64,000 nucleotides of DNA from the NCBI GenBank assembly GCA_965200475.1, contig CBDAUL010000007.1:370516-434515 (forward strand), given 5' to 3'. Below the pieces are notes generated by a model. The model did no database searches. It was not told the origin of the DNA and was given only the letters and a program-made list of their open reading frames with translations. Position 1 is the stretch's first letter, and each line of letters begins with the position of its first letter. This document shows, one piece after another, positions 8,984-16,927 of the stretch. The position numbers and the translations under genes are program-made. The stretch comes from Vicinamibacterales bacterium. Its GTDB lineage: Bacteria > Acidobacteriota > Vicinamibacteria > Vicinamibacterales > UBA8438.

Positions 8984-9930
8984 GCGGGCGTCTCGAAGAC
9001 CGTCCCCGCCGCGATCGGGCGCCCCGCCAGAAACGCGCGCGCCGGCAGTGCGCGCCGGCCCTCCGGCTGGATCTCGAGCAGCGCCAGGGCCGTGCCGGAC
9101 CCGGCCGCGACGACGAGGCGGTCGCCGGCGGCCTCGAGCACCTGTCCCGGCACGGCCGGGGCGCCGCCCGGCGCCTCGACCACGGCGGTGCGATGGATCA
9201 GGTACCGCGCGCCGCCGAGGTGGCTGAAGGCGCGCGGCCAGGGGTGCAGGCCGCGGACCTGATCGTGCACCTGCCCGGCCGTGCGGCGCCAGTCGATGGC
9301 CCCGTCGGCGCGCGTCAGCCGCGGCGCGAACGTGGCCCGCGCGTGGTCCTGCTCCTCCTCCGCGGCGCGCCCGCTCTCGAGATCGTCCACGGCCTGCAGC
9401 AGCGTCACCGCGCCCAGCGCGGCCAGCGCGCGCTCGAGCGTCTCGGCGTCGTCGTCGGGGTCGATGGGCAGCGCCGCGCGGCGCAGCATGGGGCCGGCGT
9501 CCATCTCGCGCACGAGGCGGATGATGGTGATGCCGGTCTCGGTCTCGCCGGCCATCACCGCGCGGTGGATCGGCGCAGCCCCCCGGTAGGCCGGCAGCAG
9601 CGACGCGTGCACGTTGATCATGCCGCGGCGCGGCAGCGCCAGCAACTGGTCGGGGAGCATCTTCCCGTAGGCGGCGACCACGCCGAGGTCGGGGGCCAGC
9701 GCGCCCAGCGCCTCGACGAACGCGGGGTCCTTCATCCGCTCGGGCTGCAGCACCGGCAGCCCGCGGGCGGCGGCGAGGCGCTTGACCGGCGACTCCGAGA
9801 CGCGCTGGCCGCGGCCCCGCGGCCGATCGGGCTGCGTCACGACCGCCGCGACCTGGTGCGGCGACGCCAGCAGCCGCTCCAGCGTCGGCACGGCAAACGC
9901 CGGGGTGCCGAGAAAGACGATCCTCACCAC
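8980..9930 (-). CDS. fmt: Methionyl-tRNA formyltransferase
   Basis: VVRIVFLGTPAFAVPTLERL...VVTQPDRPRGRG...INVHASLLPAYRGAAPI. GTG start at 9930 or 9927, overlapping the def stop (GTGGTGA). The longer track ORF (to 10077) overlaps def and is unlikely. Confidence 0.9.
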   Translation of the reverse strand: MVRIVFLGTPAFAVPTLERLLASPHQVAAVVTQPDRPRGRGQRVSESPVKRLAAARGLPVLQPERMKDPAFVEALGALAPDLGVVAAYGKMLPDQLLALPRRGMINVHASLLPAYRGAAPIHRAVMAGETETGITIIRLVREMDAGPMLRRAALPIDPDDDAETLERALAALGAVTLLQAVDDLESGRAAEEEQDHARATFAPRLTRADGAIDWRRTAGQVHDQVRGLHPWPRAFSHLGGARYLIHRTAVVEAPGGAPAVPGQVLEAAGDRLVVAAGSGTALALLEIQPEGRRALPARAFLAGRPIAAGTVFETPA

Positions 9931-10433
9931 TTGCCGGTCCGCCTCAGCTTCCGGATCCGACGCACGATGAGGTCGCGCCGGATGCCGCGCAGCCGGTCCG
10001 GGAACAGGCTGCCGTCCAGGTGGTCGAGCTCGTGCTGGAACGCGCGCGCGGCGAGGCCGACGCCCGTGGTCTCGCACGGGCGCCCCTCGCCGTCCAGGCC
10101 GCGCACGACCGCGCGTTCGGGCCGGGGCACGACCGCCTCGAATCCGGGCAGGCTCAGGCAGCCTTCCTCCTCGCGCTGTAGGCCCTCCTGGCTCGCCAGC
10201 TCCGGGTTGATCATGACGACCAGGTCGTCCGGGTTGCGGCCCGCGGAGACATCCGTGACGAAGATGCGCAGGCCGACGCCGATCTGCGGCGCGGCCAGGC
10301 CGATGCCCGAGGCGGCGTACATCGTCTCGATCATGTCGTCGATGAGGGTCCTGATGTCCGCCGTGACCGTTTCGACGTCGCGCGCCGCACGGTGCAGCAC
10401 CGGATCGCCGTAGTGGACGATGGGTCGGATCAC
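9924..10433 (-). CDS. def: Peptide deformylase
   Basis: All three motifs are present: GIGLAAPQIG, EGCLSLPG, HELDHLDG. GTG start. Confidence 0.93.
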   Translation of the reverse strand: MIRPIVHYGDPVLHRAARDVETVTADIRTLIDDMIETMYAASGIGLAAPQIGVGLRIFVTDVSAGRNPDDLVVMINPELASQEGLQREEEGCLSLPGFEAVVPRPERAVVRGLDGEGRPCETTGVGLAARAFQHELDHLDGSLFPDRLRGIRRDLIVRRIRKLRRTGKW

Positions 10434-10479
10434 GGCAAACGATTCCCGCCCTGGGCGGCCCCGGGAGCGCCGCCGCCGG

Positions 10480-10944
10480 CTACTCGACCACGAACCGCCC
10501 GCGGGCGACCCGCCCCGCGCCGCCCCGCCGCCGCGTCTCCGACGGCGTGTCGCCGACCGTGAACGCGAAGGCGCCGGGACGGACCGGCGTGAAGCTGAAC
10601 TGCACCGTGCCCGCCACGTCGAACTCGATGGCGCGGAAGGCGAGGGCCTGCAGATGGACCTCGATCTCGCTGATCGTCACCAGCCGCAGATGCGAGTTGC
10701 GGAGCAGCTCGTCCACCTCCAGGCGCCACGTCTCCACGCCGTCGCTGGTCACGTTGAGCCGGTAGTACTCGCCGGTGACCAGCTCGAACTCGGTGACGGA
10801 GAGCTGCGGTCCGTCGGAGCCCGTCGTGAGCTCGAGGTGGAGCTCGACCGGGGGACCCGCCGTGAGGCTGCCGCCCACCTGCGCCAGCGCGGCGGCGGGT
10901 GCGAGCGTCAGTGCCAGCGTCGTGAGCGCGAGCAGTCGAAGCAT
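10480..10944 (-). CDS. Hypothetical exported protein (beta-rich, possibly cupredoxin-like)
   Basis: Internal ATG at 10944 (MLRLLALTTLALTLAPAAALAQ, a signal peptide), in frame with ORF 10480..11337. I recognise no motif. Confidence 0.5.
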   Translation of the reverse strand: MLRLLALTTLALTLAPAAALAQVGGSLTAGPPVELHLELTTGSDGPQLSVTEFELVTGEYYRLNVTSDGVETWRLEVDELLRNSHLRLVTISEIEVHLQALAFRAIEFDVAGTVQFSFTPVRPGAFAFTVGDTPSETRRRGGAGRVARGRFVVE

Positions 10945-11059
10945 GCGCCAATGGTAACAGGCCGCGGTCCGCCGGGGCCCCGCGCCGCTGCCGCCGAGGC
11001 GCGCCGTGCGCGCGCCTTGCGGCGTCTGCAGCCGTTTCCGGGGGCAGGCTCCCGGGCGG

Positions 11060-11065
11060 TATAAT
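11060..11065 (+). promoter_or_regulatory. Candidate -10 hexamer (TATAAT) upstream of the 11099 gene
   Basis: A perfect TATAAT lies 34 nt upstream of the ATG in an otherwise very GC-rich intergenic region. No convincing -35 box. Confidence 0.25.
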
Positions 11066-11098
11066 CCGGGTATTCCGACCGGGAGAAACGGGGGCGTC

Positions 11099-12901
11099 AT
11101 GACGACACGACAGGGGCACTCGCGGCGGTCGTTCGTGCAGCGGGTGGGGGCCGCGGCCGGCGGGCTGGCGTTCGCGCCGGCGGCGGCCGAGGCGGCCGCG
11201 CAGGCGCCGGCGCTGCCGGTCGAGACGCCGCGCTCCGTCCATCCGACCCTCAACCGGCGGGCGCGCGGCTGGCTGCGTTTCCTGTGGGAGAAGACGACGA
11301 CCCCGGACGACTGGAGCGCGGACGGCGTGCCGCACATGTGGTGGGACCGCTACTCGAACCCGGTGGTGACCAGCTATCCGCGCTTCGACCTGCAGACTTC
11401 CTCCTACGCGCTGCTGGTCATGGCGGACCAGACGCCGGCCTGGCGCGAGGCGTACACGCGCATCGCCGACGGGCTGGCGAGCCGCTACCCGACGCACTGG
11501 GGCGCCGTGGACTGGCTGACCCAGATCGGCGAGGACCCGCGGCGCGAGAACTATCCGCCGCACGTGATGGCGGCGATTCCCGAGCACCTGCGCGGACGCT
11601 ACAACCGGATTGGCTGGACGGCCAACGGGGTGGATCCGTGGGGCCTGGCGGCGGATCCAATCGGCGCGGAGGGGAACCTCTTCTTCCGCGGCTGGTTCAA
11701 CCTGCTGCTGTCCATCTACAAGTACGTCTCGGGCGACGACAAGTACGAGCGGCCGTTCAACGTGACCGGCTACGGCGACGAGGTGTTCGAGTGGGACCAC
11801 CACCGCATCGCGGCCTTCCTGTCCGAGCAGTACCGCGAGCGCCCGGAGGGCCCGCAGTGCGAGAACACGAAGATCTGGTTCGTCTGCAACAGCGCCGCTG
11901 CCCTCGGGCTGTATCTCTATGACCGGGTGTACGGTCGCGAAACCCATCGGCCGGTCCGGGGCTGGCTCGAGTACTCGCGCGACAACTACATGGAGGTCGG
12001 TGGCGACGGCAGGCTGCAGTGGGTGACCCGGTACTACGACCCCATCGTCAACCACAAGGTCAACCTCGGTCCGGCCGGGGGCGTCGGCATAGCGCAGCTG
12101 CTGCTGCCCCAGGATCCGGAGCTCGCCGAATTCCTGTACGAATCCGCGGCGAACGCGCTCGGCTGGAACGATCCGCGCGTGGAGATCGAGCCGTCCGCCG
12201 CCGGGCTCGTGCTGGCGCGCGAGCTCGGCGACCACACCTCGCTGGCACGGTTGCGGGCGGCCGCGGAGCGCGACTACGAGCCGCGCTTCTTCGGCGACCA
12301 CGACGAGAAGTTCGGGTGGTGGTTCGGCCTGAACGAGGCGTATCCGCGGGGCCAGCAGAGCGCCGGCATGATGGTGGCCGAGGTCGGCACGGGCGACGCC
12401 TGGCGCCGCGCGCTCGACGCGCCCCACATGGACAAGTTCGAGGCGCCGACCGTCGAGGGGGTCGACTTCCCGTCGCTGGGCATCTACCAGGCCTGGAACG
12501 ACACCGCGAGCGGCGCGCTGCACGTGGGCACGTACGCGGCGGCCCCCGACCGGCGCGGGCTGGAGACGAGCTGGCGGGTGACGAACCTGCCGAACACCGA
12601 CGACGCGTTCGTGCTGTGCGACGGGGCGCCGTTCACGCGGTTCGAGGTCGAGGGCGACAGCACCATCCGCATCGACGGCACGATCGACCTGCGCCACTAT
12701 CAGATCTTCACCGGCTACCGGGGCCCCGGCACGCGCGGCGCCAACGCGGCGCGCCGACCCGCCCCCGGCCGGGCGGCGGCACCCGGTCCAGGCCGCGCGG
12801 GCCGCCCGCTCGCCGCCCGCCGCCAGCCGGCGAATGTTCGCCAGGCGACCACCAGCCTGACCGCGGTCGACGCGCCAGGCTGCGCCTGCTGCCTGGCCTA
12901 G
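11099..12901 (+). CDS. Tat-exported linalool dehydratase/isomerase (Ldi)-like (alpha/alpha)6-barrel protein with an extra C-terminal domain
   Basis: Twin-arginine leader [27 protein letters not shown], preceded by GGGAGAAACGGGGG. Two core blocks resemble my recollection of Castellaniella Ldi. [25 protein letters not shown] matches [58 protein letters not shown] matches [32 protein letters not shown]. The last ~60 aa are an Arg/Ala-rich tail of doubtful reality. Confidence 0.55.
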   Translation: [600 protein letters not shown]

Positions 12902-12930
12902 GTGTCGGTGTCATTGAAGGAGCGAATCCG

Positions 12931-14559
12931 ATGAGCATGAAGCCGAGTGCGTGGGTGGGACTGCTCGCCGTCCTGGCGATCACGGTTGCCTGCGGCGGCG
13001 CCGAGCCGCCGGTTGCGGCTGCCGGCGGCGGCGCCGCGACCGTCGACGGGGGCAGCATCGCCGGCGCGCCGGCCGGTGACGGCGGCGTGTGGCGCTACGC
13101 GGGAATACCGTACGCCGCGCCGCCGGTGGGCGCGCTGCGCTGGCGTCCGCCGCAGCCGGTGGAGCCCTGGGCCGACGTCCGCCAGGCCGACCAGCTTCCG
13201 CCAGGCTGTCCGCAGCCCACGCTGCCCGTGCCGCCGGACGCGGAGCCGTTCTTCGGACCCGGCGCCACCCGGCTGGAAGAGGACTGCCTCTACCTGAACG
13301 TCTGGTCGGCCGCCGGGCCGGACGAGCGCGTCCCGGTCATGGTCTGGATTCACGGGGGCGGACTGTTCGTCGGCGACGGCGCGACGGCGGCCTACGACGG
13401 GGCGGCGCTGGCCCGCCGCGGCGTCGTCGTGGTGACCATCAACTACCGGCTCGGCGCGCTGGGCTACCTCGCGCATCCGCTCCTGCGCGAGGAGTCGGCG
13501 CACGGCGCGTCCGGCAACTACGGCCTCCTCGATCAGATCGCCGCGCTCGAGTGGGTGCAGCGGAACATCGCGGCGTTCGGGGGCGATCCGGACCGCGTCA
13601 CCATCTTCGGCGAGTCCGCGGGCTCGTGGAGCGTCAACTACCTGCTGGCGACGCCGCTGGCGGCGGGTCTGTTCGCGGGCGCCATCGGCCAGAGCGGGGG
13701 CGGGTTCAGCCCCCTGGCCAGCCTGGCGGAGAGGGACGCTGCCGAGGCGGAGGGCGAACGCTTCGCGGAGGCGCTGCTAGGCGCGGAGACGGCGGTCTCG
13801 CTCGACGCGCTGCGGTCGGCTGCGGCCGCGGACGTGCTGGCCGCGGACGCCGCCGCGCCCCGGCCGAACGTGGACGGCTGGGCCCTGACCGAGGGCATCC
13901 ACGACGTCTTCGCGGCCGGCCGGCAGCACGACGTGCCGGTCATCGTGGGCGCCAACGCCGACGAGGGGACCGCGCTGAGAGCGCTCGCCGGCGGTCAGGA
14001 GATCACGACGGTCGAGGAGTACCGGGCGTGGGCGCGCGGCGAGTACGGCGACCTCGCCGACGCCTATCTCGCGGCGTACCCCGCCGCGAGCGACGCGGAC
14101 GCGGCGGCGGGCCGCGTCGCCAGCAGCGGCGACGGCCGCTTCGTGTGGGAGATGCGGACCTGGGCGCGGATGATGGAGCAGGTCTCGTCGCCGGCCTATC
14201 TCTACTTCTTCACCCGCGTGCCGCCCGCCGCCAACGCCGACCGCTACGGCGCGTATCACACGGCCGAGATCCCGTACGTCTTCAACAACCTCGGCGGCGG
14301 CGGCCGGTACTGGTTCGCGAACCGCGACTACGGCGATACGGACCGGCAGCTCTCCGACGTGATGGCCTCCTACTGGGTGAACTTCGCCGCGACCGGGAAT
14401 CCGAACGGCGACGGCCTGCCGGAATGGCCGGCCTACACCCGGACCGACGAGTCCGCGATGGAGCTCGGCGACGTCGTGCAGGTACGGCAGGGCGTGCGGG
14501 CCGAGCGCCTCGACTTCTTCGAGCGCCACTACGCCGCCCTCCGCGCCGCCTCCAACTGA
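12931..14559 (+). CDS. Carboxylesterase type B (para-nitrobenzyl-esterase-like), lipoprotein
   Basis: ATG at 12931 after GAAGGAG. Lipobox LAITVACGG. Motifs YAGIPYAAPPVGALRWRPP, EDCLYLNVW, the nucleophile elbow FGESAGS, and YGAYHTAEIPYVF. Confidence 0.88.
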   Translation: MSMKPSAWVGLLAVLAITVACGGAEPPVAAAGGGAATVDGGSIAGAPAGDGGVWRYAGIPYAAPPVGALRWRPPQPVEPWADVRQADQLPPGCPQPTLPVPPDAEPFFGPGATRLEEDCLYLNVWSAAGPDERVPVMVWIHGGGLFVGDGATAAYDGAALARRGVVVVTINYRLGALGYLAHPLLREESAHGASGNYGLLDQIAALEWVQRNIAAFGGDPDRVTIFGESAGSWSVNYLLATPLAAGLFAGAIGQSGGGFSPLASLAERDAAEAEGERFAEALLGAETAVSLDALRSAAAADVLAADAAAPRPNVDGWALTEGIHDVFAAGRQHDVPVIVGANADEGTALRALAGGQEITTVEEYRAWARGEYGDLADAYLAAYPAASDADAAAGRVASSGDGRFVWEMRTWARMMEQVSSPAYLYFFTRVPPAANADRYGAYHTAEIPYVFNNLGGGGRYWFANRDYGDTDRQLSDVMASYWVNFAATGNPNGDGLPEWPAYTRTDESAMELGDVVQVRQGVRAERLDFFERHYAALRAASN

Positions 14560-14570
14560 AGCGGGGCGAA

Positions 14571-14613
14571 GGGGTCCCCGCAAGCGGACGCCGGGGGCTT
14601 GGGGCGCAGCCCC
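14571..14613. repeat. 43-nt repeat, copy 1 (GGGGTCCCCGCAAGCGGACGCCGGGGGCTTGGGGCGCAGCCCC)
   Basis: Identical at 42/43 positions to 30838..30880. Both copies lie just downstream of a carboxylesterase gene. It contains two short hairpins (GTCCcCGC-AA-GCGGAC and GGGGCT-N8-AGCCCC). Confidence 0.85.
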
Positions 14614-14628
14614 CCATCCGGAGGACGC

Positions 14629-16614
14629 CTAATCGGCGCTCAGCGCCAGCGCGATCAGCTCCGGGACGTCCCCCCCAATGGTCAGCGCGATGTACTGCCT
14701 GCCCTCGTGCAGGTAGGTCATCGGCGTGCCGATGGCGCCGGCCGGCAGATCGAGCGAGCCGACAATCTCGCCCGTCGCCTTGTCGCGCGCCACCAGGCGC
14801 GGGCCGCCGTCCGAGCCGCCCGCCGTGAGCGCGCTCACCAGCAGAGTCCTGGTCAGCAGCGGTCCGCCGTGGCCTTCGCCGCCCAGCGGCGGCAGGTCGA
14901 GGTGACGCAGCCGCGGGTGGTTGCGGAAGCGGTTGCCGTCGCCGTTGGGCTGCATCCAGGCGTGGTCGCCCGCGTTCAGATCGATCGCCGTCATCCGCGA
15001 ATACGGCGGCTTGAGCAGCGGGAGGCCCTGCGGCATGAGCGGCTGCGTGCCGCTGTCGAAGTCCGCCTGCGTGTAGCGCAGGTTGCCGCCCTCCGCAGGA
15101 TCGGGCGTGTAGTACTTGATGACCGAGAAGCGGTTCTCCGACGGCACGTAGAGCAGGCCGGTCTCCGGGTCGGCCGCCGCGCCGCTCCAGCTCGCGCCGC
15201 CGGCGATGTGCGGGCGCTGAATGGTTCCCTGCAGGCCGCCTTCCACGCTCAGCATCGGCGGCGTGAAGAGCGGGCCGAGACGGAAGTTGCTGACGGCCTC
15301 GACCGCCAGCGCGCGAATCTCGGGCGTGAAGTCGACCAGGTCGTCGATGGTGATGCCCTGGTACTCGAACGGCGGCGGCTTGGTCGGGAACGGCTGGGTC
15401 GGCGACAGCACCTCGCCCTCGAGGTCGGTGTCGGTCTCCACCGGGCGCTCCTCGATCGGCCACACCGGCTCGCCGGTCGCGCGGTCGAAGACGTACGTGA
15501 ACCCCTGCTTGCTGACCTGCGCCAGCGCCCTGATCGGACGCCCGTCGACGTTGATGTCGATCAGCGTCGGCGCGGCCGGGAAGTCGTAGTCCCAGACGCC
15601 GTGGTGGACCGCCTGGAAGTGCCAGGCGCGCTGGCCGGTCTCGGCGTCTACGGCGACGATGCTCTCGGCGAAGAGGTTGTCGCCCAGCCGGTGGCCGCCG
15701 TAGTAGTCGCTCGTGGGGGTGCCGGTCGGCAGGTAGACGTAGCCCAGCTCGTCGTCGGCGCTCAGCGGCGGCCAGATGTTGGCGTTGCCCGAGTAGCGCC
15801 ACGACTCGTTCAGCCAGGTGTCGGCGCCGAAGTCGTCGCCCTGCGGCACGGTCCGGAACACCCAGCGGACGTCCCCGGTGCGCGCGTCCACACCTTTCAC
15901 CCAGCCCGGCGGGGCTTCCCTGCGGATCACGAAGTCCGAGATGATCGTCGGCGTCACGACCACGTCGCGCGTGATGACCGGCGGCGAGGCCACGCCCACC
16001 AGGTTGCGGTCGAGGTAGTTGGTCTCCCCGCGCACGGCGCGCGGCACGCCCTCCATCAGGTCGACGCGGCCGTTGTCGCCGAAGTCGCGCACCGGCTCGC
16101 CCGTGCGCGCGTCGACGGCGACGAGGTACGCCTCCATCGTGCCCCAGAAGATGCGCGCGTCGTCGCCGTCCTCCCAGTAGGCCAGGCCGCGCGAGCGGTA
16201 GAAGTGCGTGGGGCGGCCGCCCAGGTAGGCCTGCGGATCGTGCACCCAGAGGGTCTCCCCGGTGCCGGCGTCGATGGCGGCCGCCTGGTGGAGCGCCGTC
16301 GTCAGGTACAGGACGCCGTCGACCATGAGCGGCGTGGCCTGCAGGCCGTTGATCGAGACCGGCCGGTTCATCACGCCGGGCTGCAGCACGGACGTGTCGA
16401 TCGCGCTGTCGGCCGACTGCCAGCGCCAGGCGATGCGGAGGTCGTCGAAGTTGTCGGCGTCGATCTGGTCCAGCGGCGAGTACTTGGTGCTGCCGTTGTC
16501 GCCCGCGTAGCTGCGCCATTCCCCGTCGACCGCGCCGTACTGCGCCCGGGCGGGCTGCGGCGCGGCGACGAGCGCGGCGGCGACGACGGCCAGGATTGCG
16601 TGTCGAGCGTGCAT
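14629..16614 (-). CDS. PQQ-dependent dehydrogenase (quinoprotein alcohol dehydrogenase family), periplasmic
   Basis: Internal ATG at 16614 preceded by GGAGG. Begins MHARHAILAVVAAALVAAPQPARAQYGAVDGEWRSYAGDNGSTKYSPLDQIDADNFDDLRIAWRW. Collinear with 1854..3917 over its whole length. Confidence 0.85.
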   Translation of the reverse strand: MHARHAILAVVAAALVAAPQPARAQYGAVDGEWRSYAGDNGSTKYSPLDQIDADNFDDLRIAWRWQSADSAIDTSVLQPGVMNRPVSINGLQATPLMVDGVLYLTTALHQAAAIDAGTGETLWVHDPQAYLGGRPTHFYRSRGLAYWEDGDDARIFWGTMEAYLVAVDARTGEPVRDFGDNGRVDLMEGVPRAVRGETNYLDRNLVGVASPPVITRDVVVTPTIISDFVIRREAPPGWVKGVDARTGDVRWVFRTVPQGDDFGADTWLNESWRYSGNANIWPPLSADDELGYVYLPTGTPTSDYYGGHRLGDNLFAESIVAVDAETGQRAWHFQAVHHGVWDYDFPAAPTLIDINVDGRPIRALAQVSKQGFTYVFDRATGEPVWPIEERPVETDTDLEGEVLSPTQPFPTKPPPFEYQGITIDDLVDFTPEIRALAVEAVSNFRLGPLFTPPMLSVEGGLQGTIQRPHIAGGASWSGAAADPETGLLYVPSENRFSVIKYYTPDPAEGGNLRYTQADFDSGTQPLMPQGLPLLKPPYSRMTAIDLNAGDHAWMQPNGDGNRFRNHPRLRHLDLPPLGGEGHGGPLLTRTLLVSALTAGGSDGGPRLVARDKATGEIVGSLDLPAGAIGTPMTYLHEGRQYIALTIGGDVPELIALALSAD

Positions 16615-16738
16615 GCCATACCTCCAGTGTTCGACGGCCGGGTGACCCATCGTAGCAGCCCGCGGCAAGAGACCCCATTGCATTCGACGGGCGATGCATC
16701 CCGCCAGGGACCGCGCCGGACCGTTTCTCGGCGGGGTC

Positions 16739-16757
16739 GAGCATGCCCGACATGCTC
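16739..16757. promoter_or_regulatory. Perfect inverted repeat GAGCATG-N5-CATGCTC in the divergent intergenic region
   Basis: Read directly from the sequence. It lies 125-143 nt upstream of the PQQ-dehydrogenase start and 171 nt upstream of the sigma-54 activator start. This position suits an activator binding site, but no -24/-12 promoter was found. Confidence 0.3.
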
Positions 16758-16927
16758 CCTCGTCGCGCCTTCTCGGGGTGCCGGCGATCGACAAACCCGC
16801 ACGCCGGCCGGGGCGGTCCGGCCGAGGAATCTCCCATCCGTGGGTCCATTGACCCCGGCCGCGGTCGGGCTGGGAACGCCCGGCGCCGGCCCCGGCCTCC
16901 GGGCCGGATTCTTGCACGTCGCCGCTC

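Noticed and set aside
12720-12901. A frameshift in the 3' end of the Ldi-like gene, suggested by the Arg/Ala/Pro-rich last ~60 residues.
   Set aside because: The alternative frames in this stretch are equally low-complexity. The next gene's start (12931, with a good RBS) fits the annotated stop. I cannot distinguish a genuine disordered tail from read-through without homologs, so this is noted only as uncertainty.
16615-16927. A sigma-54 (-24 GG / -12 GC) promoter for the PQQ dehydrogenase or for the activator gene.
   Set aside because: Candidates such as CTGGCGGGATGCATCGC (minus strand) and GGCAAG-N10-TGCA (plus strand) have GG-to-GC spacing off by 1-4 nt from TGGCAC-N5-TTGC. There is also no convincing site in 19280..19433. 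No promoter is reported.
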